This document shows, piece by piece, positions 50,668 through 64,000 of a stretch of DNA of 64,000 nucleotides. Origin of the DNA: Phyllosticta citribraziliensis (taxonomy: Eukaryota); the NCBI RefSeq assembly GCF_038025025.1, contig NW_027117351.1, positions 496,001-560,000 on the forward strand, written 5' to 3'. How positions within the stretch are numbered: the stretch's first letter is position 1; each line of letters opens with the position of its first letter. Made by a program: the position numbers and the translations under genes. The notes below the pieces were generated by a model. That model was not told the origin of the DNA. It did no database searches and saw only the letters and a program-made list of their open reading frames with translations.

Positions 50668-53600
50668 ATGCGCCACGTCTTGAAAACTCCAGGCGCATAA
50701 TCTTCGTCTTGTCGCCACGTCCAATTCCCATTCGACCAAGCAATTTTGGTACCCTGCTGCCGGCCGCAGTTCGGCCGCCAGCATCAAAGAACCAAGACTA
50801 CACGTTGGTATTCCGTCAACAAGTCTTGGTAAACGTGAGACCGATTTGCAAGCTGGCCAATCCTCCAAAGAGCCGGAGAAACCGGCCCTTGGCCCTCTGG
50901 TAGATTATGCTTCTCCGGCTTCGTCGACTGGCTTGGACCACCATCGCAACCTTCGATTCTACCAACGTTTCGATTGATCGATCGTGGGTACTCTTAACAC
51001 CTTCTCTCGCATGCTTGCACGACGAATGATTTGACACGACACCAAGAACATAGAGGGGCTTCGAGCGGGGCTCACAGCATGCGACCGACAGGTGGACTGG
51101 AAGAGTGTATGTGTGTCATCACTAGGAAGCGCACGCCATGCGCAGCTCTCATCCATTCCTCCCCTTCGTCTCATCCGTCTCTTTGCTTTTGCTTCGCTCA
51201 CCAAAGCCCCACAGCATCACCTTTTACTGTAAAAAGTTCTCTCACACTGGCACTGCGAGGCGGGTCGTTGTTCATGCTCTTTTTCCCTCTTCTTCAAAAA
51301 CCTTTCTTACATGCTCTTCTCTCTCTCTCTTCTCCAATCAAGCAGTCGGTCGAATTCATCATGACATTTGCATTTTCAGTGCGCTGGGAGCTAGGGAGCT
51401 GGTGGGGCGGGCGTGTGTGTGTCTCAACAACTATACAGGGTGGGTGGGTAGGGGGGGAAAGGGAAACTTGGTTGGGTACTACTGCCGCTCTTACCTTTTT
51501 TCAGTTTTCTCTCTTCTCTTCATCTCTCTCTCTCCAAAACTCCTCCCTTTTCGCTCTTTCTTTCTCTCTAAAACACTATGGGAATGGAAAATTTTTAATT
51601 CTACATGGGCTGTTTGCGGGCCGTTTGCGTTTGTTGGTTGATTGTCGTTGGTTGTCGCCGCTTTTGCTTCTACTGCTGGTGCGGCGGTGGCGGTGGCGGC
51701 GCGACTGGTCTGAGGCCGAGCGGCGATGTTGGTGAGCGAAGCCCGTCGTTGTCGTTCTTCAGGAGGGCATGCTGATGGATTGAACGACGATCTGAGTGGT
51801 GTACGGGGCTTGGTCAAGCGGTCTGATGAGCGGCAGCGATGATGATGACGATGTTCTCGTTGTCATTGTCGTGGAGTACCATGTGGAGGACGACACCACA
51901 CGGTGGCAGGAATAATGGGACGGACGGATGGATGGTCGACTTCCTGTCGCAGCGATCTTGATTAGAGGATGCCCGCCCGGCCACCGTATCTAGCTTCTTT
52001 CCAGACACGAGCTTGCTGTGTCTCTTTCAGCGGCTTTGAGCGATTTAAAGATTTCTTCATTGTTCGACTTTAGTATGGAAAGGGGGTTTGAGGAATGTGA
52101 GTGCTTGGTGATGTGTTTGTTGGTCTTGCTCCTGCTGCTGCTGTTTTTGTGCCGGCCTGCTCTGCTATATGTTGTTGGGGTATGTGGGCACGCAAACTGG
52201 AATCGGGCATATGCTGAATCTAGGTGCTTGGGTGCTCAGCTGCTTCCGCGAGTCCATCATGCCTACCTATTTAAACCTCGACAGACAGCCGTTCGTACAG
52301 GGCCTCTTCTCTATCCGACGGTCTCACTCAACCTTGCATCTTTGAGGTACCACAACAAGGTTACTGTCGCCGGGTTGGGACCATTCATTCGGCTGCACTG
52401 ATCTTGTCAGCGCAGCGCCTGGTAAAGTTAGGAACTGTTCTTTCAGGTTAGGCTGTCAGTAGGAAAGCAGAAGGATGGGCATCATTGTAAAGTGATGCAA
52501 TGCAAATACATCATAACATTTTTGCAAGTGTACAAAGATGCTGAGACTCATCAGTGCGAAGTTTTGCCACAGTCCTTCTTCCGACTTCTCTCAAGGTCAA
52601 GTCGACCAAGCGACCTTGGCCCCAAAAGACAGGAAGAAGAAACAAGTAAGTCAGTTCCGGTGTCGACGTTCCCCACCGCCTCTCTAGGAAGAAGTTCTGA
52701 GTGTGAGTGCAAAGATTGGAAGAGCGAAGTGTTACGGGCTCTTTGTACCTCCTCCAGTCAGCGCGATACCGGCAAACCACATGTCAGACATGCGCGCGAA
52801 CAGACGCATTGGCACACGTTGCTGGCAACAGGTTGACGCGCGTGATTGCTCCCTGCGCCCTCACTGGTCGTCAAAGCACGTGACTGCTCCAAGCCATCGC
52901 GCGTATATAAAGGACCTGGCCTTCCCACTTTCCTGCCAGTAAGTCAGTCAGGAGCGAGTCTTCTCCAGGAAGGGAAAGAAAATCCTGCCAATTCTGACTG
53001 GGCTGAACAGCTCCAGTCATCGACTACTTTTGTTTGGTTTGGTTTGGAGGAGTACGGACATTTTCTGGTCTACGTCAAAGATTTTGTTCGTGGCGCCGTC
53101 ATTGCTGATCAGTGATGAAGGAGGATGTGGCATCTTTGCTTCTTGATGGCCAGCATCATTGCCTGCCGTAGAGGAAACGACGGCGCCACCGCTCACTCGG
53201 GCTGGGGAAAGGAGACAGGGCAGAGCGGAGCCGCCGCCACAGTGGGAACTTTTCAACCAGCGCTGGCCCGGAAAAGCCCAAACAGTTCATCCCTGCCATG
53301 GTGGTAGTAGTCGAGAGTGGCGAGGGCACTTGAAGACAAATCTGCCAGACGCGAGAAGAAAAGTGGCTTTTATACCTCGCTGAGTCGGCCAAAGCGCCTT
53401 TCACAAGCCTGGAGTCACTTGGCTGGCTGTTGCATGTGTTGCATGTGCTGCGGGCTGCGCGTGATTCGACACGCCTCGCCTCTCCTCATACCCTCTCTCG
53501 CTGTCCAGATATAAAAGACGGCTCTTTCTCGCCAGAGACTCAGACACTCCACCGACGTCTTCCGGCCTCCCAAGGCCGTGAGCCTATGAAATACATCAAA

Positions 53601-56006
53601 AAGCGACTGCTTTGACTGGAGGAGACAGTCGGCACTTTGTTCTTGTTCCTGGTCCTGGCAAGTCACAGTCCTCAAAGTGACCAGGCTGACCAAAATGGCC
53701 TTCTGTTCTCGTGTCGGCATGTTGGACGTTCCCATCATCTCATGCCACACGCCCACAGCATCACTGCTTCCTGCTGCATTCCTCGACATGACTTAACGAT
53801 GAAGAAGACGCTCTGTAGACAATCGAAGCGTCAGAAAGGCCGAGAGAAAGGGGGTCGCGCAACACGGCCGCAGAACGAGTGTGTCGCTGAGCTTGTCTCT
53901 GTGAGAGAGCAATCGTTGGCTACATCACGCACTTGCTGCGAAGCTGGCTGGCGTGAGAGAGAAAGAGGAGAGGAGACGCGAGCGACGGCGCAGTTTATAT
54001 ATCGCGTCCGAGCCGTTGAGCGGCTCTCCAGACGACGGAGCGGCAGCACAAGCTTCCGTCGTCGTCCTCGTGCTTCCTCTCGTGTCATTGCACCCCAGAC
54101 AGCTGCCCTCCGTCAGTGAGAAGATGTCAACTGTCAGTCAAATGTCAGTGAGCTTGACACGGGCAGAGCCGCAGCAAGCAACAACACCCCTTCTACAGCC
54201 TCTCCCCTCACAAACCACAGCAGCAAGAAACCAGAACAAAATGAACTCACTCGCTCAACGCAAGTCCTCCACATGCTCACCCAACTCACCCAACCCATCC
54301 AACCACCTCTCCATCTCCCCATCGCAGTGCACCAACAAATCGCCAACTAAGCCAAACCGCCCGCACCTGCGCTGCGCCTAGACGGCAGACACGGCACGGA
54401 ACGTCGCGGGGACGGCGACGGCGCGGAGCGACGCCCCGCGATGCGATACTGGCGTCGGAGCAGCGAGACCGCCATCGCCGTGTTCGCCGCCCGGGACGCC
54501 AGCCAGACGGAGCTTGATTGGGTTGGTTGGTTGGATGGCGGGCGTGATAGTGGCAGCGGGAGCGGCGGCGGGAGCGGCGGTGGTGGCAGTGAGTGGTGCG
54601 GGAATAAGACGGACTGCCGTATCTTTTGTCGTGCTATCTTTGTCTGTGTGTGGTGGTGTAGGTTAGGGAGCGGGTGGCTTGGAATACCCCCGGAAAAAGC
54701 ACAGTGAGTGAGTATGATGGGCGCGCTGGGTTGTTTAGATCAATAGAGGAGAGGGAGATGAAATCCTGCAGCTGCTGCCGCTGCTGCCGTGGGAGAAGAG
54801 GAAGACGATGCGATTGATTGTGTCTTTGTGCGGTCCACATGCTCCCTCCGGCGCATTAGATTCTTGTGATTTGACGTTTTCGACACCGCCGGCACAGAGT
54901 TGACTGCATTGTACTCAGTTGGTCTTTGATCTGTACGTAGCCTCCTCGCTACAAGCGCCAACCGCGAGCAAACCTGTTCATAGCTCAGCAATTCATCAGA
55001 CCATGGCAAGAAACAAAGATAACCGGCAGCCGCCCCCGTCTCGTACGCTTAACTCACATTGAACGAGTTGACTTTATCTGTTGTGTTTCAGCGCGAGGAA
55101 GCTCTGGAAGTAAGTCGATGGGGTGAAGACGGACTTTCTTTCCTTCGGACACAATTGCCACTTGGACTCGAGTGTCAGCAGGTGGATCGAACCGAACCCA
55201 TTCGTAGCACCAATGGCCAACCAGCCAGCCAGCCAGCCGTGGTTAAGATAAGTGCGCCCGCCTGTCTGGCAATCGAGACGGACGGACGTGCTGTACCGCG
55301 GGCAGCCCAGCCCAGCCCAGCACAGCACAGCACAGCACAGCCCTCCCGTCCCTGAGCAAACGCTATATTCCCTGCGCGTCGACCCCGCCCCCGCAATCGC
55401 CTGTCTAGTCTGTTGCTGCGTCAAGGTGCTAGCGCTCACTGTCAGCTACCAGCTGTGCTCGAAACAGCAACCAAGTCCTGAACACTAAGGCTAGCTCGCA
55501 TCTACATTGTACAGTTCAGTACGTAACTGGCAACTGAGATAGCCACACACACAGACACGCGCATCGCCAGCAAATCAACCGCAGCCCCCCTGGCCGGGTG
55601 CTCCCCAAGCAGTGCCCGCGGAGTCGCGTCCTAGGGCAGACAGACTTCCCGCGTATCCGCGCAAGGTGGGATGGCGAAGCTTGAGCTCCTCTGCCCAAGA
55701 CGAGCCAGCGAGCTAAAGCATGTGCCGGGCATTGGCAGAGAGCTGCTGCAGTGGTGAGCTAGTTTGGACGCATTGATAACAGACCCCGTCGAACAGCGGG
55801 CGGCGGGGCGGGAGAGAAGTGGGAGGAGAGGGGAGGGGAAGACGGGTTATAAACCGCTCATTCGGTCCCGATTTCTAATCACCGTTATTCGTTCTCTCTT
55901 GGTCCCATTGGATTGAAGTTGACGTGCGCAGTGGACAGCAACAGAAGAGATCAGAAGGAAATACCCACCGCTGTACCGCACCGCTTCGACTCGAGGACCT
56001 CTCGTC

Positions 56007-57022
56007 ATGGCAGCCAGAGCCGACTCGCCCACGGGCATCCAGGAACACGTCGACACGAAGGAGCGCGGCTTCCACGACACAAAGTCGCCGTACTGTCTGC
56101 CAAATGAGTAAGCCAATTCCTCTACCCACCAACCGAACCAGCATGCACTGACGCGCCTCACAGCTCCGAAGAGCACGAACGCCTCTTCTCGCAATCCAAT
56201 GGCGTAGCCGCCATCTTCGGCGGCCGCATGTCGCACGCGCCAATCTCGCGCGATTCCAAGCCTCCAACCAAGATGCTCGACATTGGGTGCGGCACGGGCA
56301 GCGTCAGTCTCTACCTCGGCGAGACGTACCCAACCGCGTACGTTTACGGCCTGGACCTGTCCAAAGTGCCCGACATCTCGCAGCGCCAGGCAGCCGAGAA
56401 GCAGCGCAACGTCAAGTTCGTGCGGGACAACTACATGGAAGCCGTCGTGGGATCGCCGGGGCCGACGGACGAGGCCAAGGATCTGTGGCAGCCAAACAGC
56501 TATGACCTGATCTTCGGCCGCGCGCTGATCCTCGGCATCGAGAACTGGGACCTCTACTTCCAGAAGGCGTTCCAGCTGCTCAAGCCCGGCGGCTGGGTCG
56601 AGGACCAGGACGTCGATCAGACCATGCTGACGTACCCGGACCGCCGCAATTTGGAGGATGAGGAAGAGTGGGAGTGGCTGCGCGTGCTTCGAAAGTATGA
56701 GACGGAGGCGGGCATCGATGCCGATGCTGGGAAGAACGCAGCTGAGCGCATGCGCAAGGCGGGCTTTGTCGATGTCCGCGTCGAGAAGTACGTCTGGCCG
56801 TTTGTCAAGATTGAAGAACTGCCTGAGACGTGGGCGCTCGCTGAGCACTGTCAGCGCACGCACAAGGACATCATGCAAACCGCCTTGAAGAAACTTATCG
56901 AGGGCAAGCTGCCCAAGGAGAAGGTTGACAAGTATGTTGCAGACCTTGACAGACTCATGTTCTCAGCGCCGGGCGTTCACTACCCCTTCTACGTCACCCT
57001 TGGCAGGAAGCCGGACAAATGA
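56007..57022 (+). CDS. Class I SAM-dependent methyltransferase (LaeA-like/TAM family), 2 exons
   Basis: Y.LPND..EHERL across the intron (about 56108-56163), MLDIGCGTG motif I, VYGLDLS, YDLIFGR, LLKPGGWVE, MRKAGFVDV, GRKP terminus. Confidence 0.9.
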
Positions 57023-60000
57023 GCAGCGTACGTCGCGAAGGTGAATTGTTGACCCGAGCTTTGACTTTGAGGGGTCTCAAACCTGGTAGCTCGGCATCGT
57101 TGTTGGGCCAGTTGGGCGATCTATTCCACAGTTTAGCTTTCTCCATGGAAATAGATCTAGAAAGAAGTTTGAGTCGTCTCACTTGCGCTGCCCTTAGCAA
57201 ATGCCGGTACCTGTTCCTGTCCAATTGTTTCTGTTGAGATGAGCGACTGTGAGACACTTTTCGAACCCTCGTCAAAGTACCTTTGACAACATGCCACTGC
57301 CGAAAGCTTACCAGTTGAACATCACCAATACATCTGCGTCGATTGCCTGGTATGTCGACTGATGGTTGCCATCAAGCGCTCGTAGTAGCAGTGCAACGAG
57401 ACGCCACGGCGTCAATTCAGAGCCCGAGACATGGAGAAAGTAGCACAGCCAACGGCAAGAACGCCACCAATCCGATCAAGAAACGAGTACCACGTGGAGC
57501 GAAGTAGACGGGCAGCAGGTTTGAACAGCTATGCTTGGAGCTGTCGACGAAGAATCGCAGCTGGTCAATAGAGCAAGCAAAAATGGCTCCATCGCAAGGA
57601 AGCCGTCTCGAGCCCCTTCTCCAGGAAAACTGCCTGATTGGGAAAAGTGCCTCGGCTATCTGTATGCTGGCTGAGAACTTGAGATGCAGGGCAAGCATCG
57701 ACACCCTGACACATGTTCGACGCAACCCTGCGTAACAGCAGCACAGCGCCGCGTTGCCCGTGACGCTCTCGCCGCAACAGCCACGCAATCCTGTAATGAA
57801 GATGGGCAGGCCGTAAGGCTGGGTTGACCCAGGCTGACGCCGTTGGGCTAGGGCGCAGGCATGGAGACGGTAGTGGCGCTCAGCATCAGCACCAGCAGGG
57901 CACCAAGCCGAGGCAATTTTCACCACCATCTTGTTCAACATCGGTCAGTTTTAATGACGGCGAGCGGCGAGAGCCGCAATCACGACGACACGACTGCTGG
58001 GCGACGCAAAGCGGGCAAAGGAAGCGAGCGGTCTTGCTCAGCGAGATGAGCTGCGGAGAGCGAGCGGACGATCACGACGGCGCCGGCCAACGCGGAGAAC
58101 GGGACGTCAGACACCAGAGACGCGACGGCGACGGCATGCCGTGGCGAGCGGGAAGCGAGCGACGGGGGGCCGCGGACGATCGCTCGCTCTGGGCTGGGCC
58201 GGGGAGAAAGAAGTGCCGGTAACGGTGGTGATGGATTGAAGGTCGTGATGGTCTCGAAGGGGGGAGCGGAAGGACAGCGTTTGTTCCCCGGCCGGCCGTC
58301 CGCCGGGCTCATGGGCAGGATTTGCAGGCCGAGATGATGACCTGACCATCGCCCCCAAGAAGGAGAATCCGCTTAGGTCCTCTGGTCGCTCCGCTGCGTC
58401 TCCACATTGTTAGTCATTCTGCCAGTGAGAGGGATGGAGGAGTCAGCTTGACAGCGACGACGACGACGACACGGTCTGCCTTGGCGGAGACGACATGGTG
58501 ATGTGCAACGCCTTCTCTGCCGCCCAGAGCGCCACACAGGCGCAGCAACAAGTAGATGTGCAAGCGGCCAGCTGCAGAGGAAGAAGACAGAAGGAAAAGG
58601 ACTTGTGGGGCCAGATCCACCACCCCGAAAGAGCGGTTCCTGGAAGACACGGTTTTCTCGTTTCTCGGTTTGCTTTGCGGACGGACGACGCGCCGAATGA
58701 TGGCTTCACCTTGGGCTGCCACGAGCACGGCGAGAAAGAGGACGAACGGCGAGGCGTGCGGCGGCGGCGACAACGACTCGCTCCCCGTTTCATCAGCCGC
58801 GGGCATTGAAAAGAGACAGGGAGCTGGCCGCTGGGTGATGGCGATCTTCTCTTGCTGCGGGGTTACGCAATGCCGCTGTGGCTGCGCAGCTGGGCCGCTC
58901 TGCCTGGGTTCCTGTTGGCCAAAGCAAGCAAGAAAGGCGTCTTCTTGTTTGCATCTCGTCGTCGGAGCTCCCGAGGCCAAGGCGACGCTATGCTGCTCTG
59001 GCGACGGATGATGACGGTCTGCAGCTAACGAAGTAGTCGTTGGTGGTGGTTTTAGGCGTAGCCTTGCTGGGCTGCGCTGTCTGTCTGCCATGAAGCCGCA
59101 CTCGCAATGTGATTCGCAGAACGATGACAAGGCCGCGCTGCTAGAGCGATTTGAGCAGCTGAAGGACGAGCAACAGCGCCGTCAAGTCGAGGTGCGACGA
59201 CCGCGGCCAGCGTAGCGCGAGAAGCGAGCTGGTCGAAAGGAAAATGCCTGAAAGGCCCGAGGCCTTCCTTCAGCTCGATGGCAGGACCTGAGGTGACGAA
59301 CGAAGCGCCCGCTCATCGAGGCAAGCGTTTTCGCCATCGTCGCCGTCGTCGGCGCTGGGCTCGAGCAAAAAAAGCCACATCAGCTCACACATGCGATGCG
59401 ACCACGAGCATGGCGGGCGGCGGCGACCCGACAGCCAGGAAAAACGACCAAAAGCAAAAAGAAAAAACTCCACCACCACCACCAAACCAACAACGCAAAG
59501 AAAACCAGGGCCGCGGCTCCGACCCGAGGCGGCGTATGCGTACATAAATCCGTCCCAAACGAAGCAAAACGACGCCCACCTCGAGCTGCCTGATTGGTTG
59601 CTTCACCACTGCGAGCTGCACGACTGCGGCGAAGACGACGTCTCTCCACGCACGCGAACCCGCCGTGTCGGGTGCCAGAAGCAATTGTTTGGTTCATCTA
59701 ATGCGTAGATTGGTATGTACCTGTGCAGCTTTTGACCCACTCGTCTCTCCTCTCTCTCGCCGTCCCGGGAAAGACGGTGCTCTGCCTGCTTTTTCGCGCG
59801 CCCGCCCGCCTGCCCGTCTGCCTGGTCAGCCTACGCCTCCTTAGAATATGCGTGTTTACGCATGATGGGGGGGTTCAGAGTTCAGAGGTCGGATGCTGCA
59901 GCCAGTCACTTTGGCATTTCCCGAGGGCCGACAGAACCAATCCACCTATCCACCCAGCCATCCGGTCCATACGTGATGCAGCACGCATGAACATCACTCA

Positions 60001-61841
60001 ACAACAACCATGTCCCGCCCCTCCCCATCCCTCTTTTCTTTTCTTTCTTTCTCATCTTTCCTTTCCTTTGTCTCGACCGACCGACGGCCCGCCATCCGTC
60101 GTCTGTCAGGAATCCTGAAACACGGCCACTTGCCTGCATGCCGAGCGCGTGCTTGCTTGCTTGCTCGAGCCCTACCCTACCCACCCATGCAACACACTGC
60201 CGTCACGCTCCATGCATGCATGCATGCATGCAGGCGCAATCCCTCGGAATCAGATAGAGTACCCGTAGGCAGGCAGGTATGTAGGCAGCATAGGCAGGCT
60301 GACTAGTTGGCTGTGCAGTATAGGAGGCAGGCAAGGTACTGCAGTGCTCGGCTTAGCCTCACTATTTGCTGCAGTTGACCAATCAACGGATGATGGTGAG
60401 GGGAGAAACATGTGCTTTATTTTAGGGATGCGTCTTTTGCTCTTGATGATGCTGCTGGATAGATGGCGATAGTGTACAGGAGACAAGTTGAACAACTCCC
60501 CCACAATCAACCAACATGCCACTCAACCTCACAAGGCAAACCTCGCTCCCCTCCTCGTGTCTTCCGTCCGCGGCGCGGAATTCTCTGTCGCCCTCCCTAC
60601 GCCGTCGCAGTCGCAGTCCGTCTCACTCTGCATCAACGACGCGAGTCAAGCACGTCGCCAGGCGAGCAGCGTTCTGTCTTGGCGTTTCAGCGACAGCAGC
60701 AGGAGCAGTTCTGTCCGTCCGTTCGTCTGACTCGGCTGCCGAGCGCCGACTGCGGCTGCTGGCAGGCAGTGGACGCGATGGGAAAAGGTAGGAAGGTTGG
60801 TTGTAGGTTTGAAGATCACCCGCGACATGTCGGTAGGACTCAGGGTTTGTAGAATACATTAGCGAATAGTGGTAAGGTCGGCGTAGCGTACGTATGCGTA
60901 CAGGTACAACTATAGATACAAGTACAGCGATGGTAGAAATGAACTGAAGGGGGGGTGCCTGTCGACGAGATGAGGTGAGGTATCAGCAGACGACGCCAGA
61001 CGTGCGCAAGAAAGCCAACTATGAACAAAATCGAAACATTTGGGTTGGGGAAAGACAAGAAGACGACGCAAAGATTCATAAAGACAGATGAGATGGAAAT
61101 GCGGCGGCGGCGGCTAGCGTGCCAACCAGCCAACCAGCCAACAGGCCGATTAAGAGAGAATTACGGCGGTAGTAGCTCGTCATCAGTACCAGTCAAGTCA
61201 CTCTTGGTGTCCACCACACACAGTCCAGTCCGCCCAAACTGTACCACAAAAGACCCGCCATGCCCTTCATCCATGCCCACCAAATACCAACCAGCCAGCC
61301 AGCCAACCAAATAAGACAATGCCGCCTCCTTACATACCAAGCCTATATATGTTCGTCCGCCCACCCACGTATGAATACCACCGCCTTACCTACAGACCAA
61401 CCAAACCCAGTACCGTCCTTCCTTCCATCTATCCATCCATGGCCTTTGAGAGTGATGACTCGTCAAACAGTACAAAGGGACACCAACCAGGGTATAAGAC
61501 ATGCACGAAGCAAAAGAGAAAAAGGGAAAAGAGAAAGCAAATTTTCCCACCCGTCGAATCAAACAGAGGAGGTCGTTGCGCCATGGGACCAATAAAGGGG
61601 GGGAAAGGAAAAGGTTGATGTGCACAAATGAGAGGAAAATACAAAAATGCGCGTGTTAAAAGATTCCAAGTGACGTTTTGGGCAACGACGAACAAGAAGA
61701 AGAGGGACGGGCAAGACAACAAGAGAACTCGTCCACAGTCGTCAAGGGGAAATGGGATGGGATGCCAGACAGTCTACGACAAACAAAAGGGGGAAGAAAC
61801 AATCGGGGAAGGGGTAAACGTGCGCTTTACAAGCAAAAGAT

Positions 61842-64000
61842 CTATGCCTCTTCCATAAGGGCTTCGTCGCCAACCTCGCGCCACTCGCGCGAGCGGTCGG
61901 CAAGACGTTTGATGCCCGTGATGCGCTGCGCCCAGAGCGACTCGGCGGGCGTGCGGAAAGTGTAGCCGCGCTGCGAGCTGATGGTGCCAATGGCCTGCAG
62001 GACTGCCTTGCGCGAGTCGCGCCCAAAGACGGCAGGGTGGTTCATCCACTCGAGCGCAGCCTCGAGCTCGGCGTCGAGCGCCGACATGGTGTTGGGGTCG
62101 ATGCCGGCGGCAGGGTGGAAGTTGCTGTCCACGTGAGGAGAAGGCAAAAGGGAGGGGGTGTGTGGCCTGTTTTGCACGTCCGAGGGAGTAGGCGAGGGCT
62201 GCGCTGGGGTGTCGGAGCTAGGGTTGCCGGGTGTGGGAGGCAGGCCGGATGGTGGCGGACCAGGCGGTGGCGGCAGTGGCGGGAGTCCACCCTTTGCCAG
62301 ACCCTTCAAGATACTCCTCGTCTCGCTGAGCAGGTGGTGGGCGCGCTCGTGCTGACCGCGGGACACTAGAGTAAGCGCTCGCGTGAGCATGTCTGACGTC
62401 AAAAGCTCCATCCGCCTCTGGACGACAGAGGGATGCGGCGGGATCGGAGGTGTCGCAGGCCTGTTTTTGGAATGTCTCCGAGAAGCGGGAAGAACCGTGA
62501 TAGCCAGAAGAGATGGCCTTGGAAGGTGAGAAAGGGTGCCATCTCGCATAATGTCGCCAAAGGTTAGATCCGCTTGAATCAGAGGCACTTCTTCCACACT
62601 TAGGCTGCGCTGGTCATCCTGGTCAAGCGGGCCTCCGAGTGCCTCGAGTCCAGAAACAATAGTTTCCCAAGGATCCTGAGGGACGTGCTCCGGCGTGCTG
62701 TTGTCGGGCGTTATGGCCAACTGGACGAGAATGTCTGACCAACGTTAGCTGCGAGTTGTGCATGCGCTCAGCCCAACGGCCAACTTACCCCTCTTGTCGC
62801 CAAAGCGCAGGTCGCCAAGGGCTGCTTCCGCATCTTTGCCAGTTGCTCGCTTGGTTATCTGCAGAGCCCCGCTGATTTTTACAAACTTGGCCGGGGATCC
62901 TTCGGGTAGCCGCAACTTGAGCTTGACGTTTTGGTGGGAAACGGTCTGCAGCGAGCCGAGGGTTCCGGCGACGCATTCGCGCAGCATCATCCAATCCTTG
63001 ACGTACGTGTAGGACGCTTTGGTGCGGGTGGATAATTCAATCATCGTGTCGGGCTTGTGGGTCAACCCCAGCCCAAAAGAGTGGATGGTGACCCTGGAGA
63101 ATGTCAGCGCGCTATTCCTTTCGAGGCAAGTCGGAACCAGGGGTGACCTACTTGGCGGCTTCTGCTCTAGACACGACAAAGTCGACGCTCTCGCCATCCG
63201 ACGTCGAAGAGTCGCTAATCAGCAGGATGCTGGCGACGGGATTCGACGATCTCCGCTGCATGAGTAGGTCCATGGCCACGTTGGCGCCTTCGACCACGTC
63301 GGCGCGCAAACTCTTTTGACCAACCGGCCTTACGGAATCCAGCACTTTGGACCATCCGCTCCATTTCTTCGTTGTCATGCCCACCATTGGCACCCCTCCA
63401 CCACTGGACCCAAACGAGACGAGGCCCATGCGATCTCTGTCGCCGAGATTGGATACTAGAAATCTGAGCGCATCCCGCAGCAGCGAGATCTTGAGGCCCT
63501 GCATGGACGACGAGACTGGAATGACGACGACAATGTCGATCGGGACATGGGGCGATGCGGGTACTGCGCCTTCTTGGAAGCCTGCACGCGAGCTCGTGTA
63601 TTCCGTAGGTGCGGTAATTGTCGAACGGGCTCCAGCATACGAGTTGACAGATGACACCCTCCTCTTGGTCGACCGGTAGTCTTCATCGTCAGTGCCCGAA
63701 TTTTCTTGATCCGCGTCTTGAATGCGCACTTGCGGTTCGCTGTGAATTTCGATCAAGGCGCGCTTCCACAGCTCGAGTTTCTTGGGATCCTTGAAGTGCA
63801 GGTGGAATGCGGGGAGTTCGGCAACGGACAGGGACAAGGTCAAGATGCCGTCTTCAGGGAAAGATTCCACGTGGTTCAAGTGCTTCTTGATGAGAATGGA
63901 GCCCTTTAATGTGCATTTTGCGCGCTTGCTGTTGGAAGGGTCGTGTCCATTATACGAGTGGTGCTTCTTCTCCTTGACGCAAATGAGCATGTCAGAGAAG
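61842..64000 (-). CDS. PH + von Willebrand factor A domain protein (C-terminal part of a Far1-like RING-PH-VWA scaffold), 5'-truncated by the window
   Basis: PH-like segment (LFSDMLICVKE...LELWKRAL), VWA DIVVVIPVSSSMQGLK..LRDAL..LV..LGDRDRMGLVSF, ILLISDS, IHSFGLG. Introns at about 63150-63095 and 62788-62735. The RING domain would lie outside the window. Confidence 0.8.

Noticed and set aside
51814..52060. Possible minus-strand small spliced ORF (MKKSLNRSKPLKETQ..., GC donor)
   Set aside because: Needs a non-canonical donor and gives a featureless peptide; too weak without RNA data.
37379..57022. ADH, methyltransferase, ketoreductase and thioesterase as a secondary-metabolite cluster
   Set aside because: Genes are dispersed among housekeeping genes and there is no PKS/NRPS/terpene backbone in the window.

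Overview
Gene-dense, GC-rich DNA from a filamentous ascomycete (short spliceosomal introns with CTRAY branch sites; Dothideomycete-like by inference). It holds about 15 recognisable protein-coding genes: a C2H2 zinc-finger protein, a GRE2-like ketoreductase, NTF2, TVP18, AIM21, MED17/SRB4, ISN1, a PaaI thioesterase, TFB2, ETF-QO, a Zn-ADH, HOF1, NOT1, a LaeA-like methyltransferase and a partial PH-VWA (Far1-like) gene, plus one orphan ORF. A 10.9-kb AT-rich, RIP-mutated island (8892-19771) interrupts it. Read by eye, the island is a Ty1/Copia element (267-bp LTRs, GTCAT target-site duplication) whose integrase core and RT are missing and replaced by an apparently complete, oppositely oriented Ty3/Gypsy chromovirus (423-bp LTRs, Tf1-like self-priming PBS). 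Two main findings: (i) between pol and the 3' LTR the chromovirus carries an extra antisense, intron-containing gene fossil with a DUF3716-like Cys-rich motif; (ii) the whole island sits between the branch point and the acceptor of an apparent 5'-UTR intron of AIM21, separating the gene from its probable promoter. All alignments and de-RIP translations were done by eye; family assignments come from recalled motifs and need HMM confirmation.
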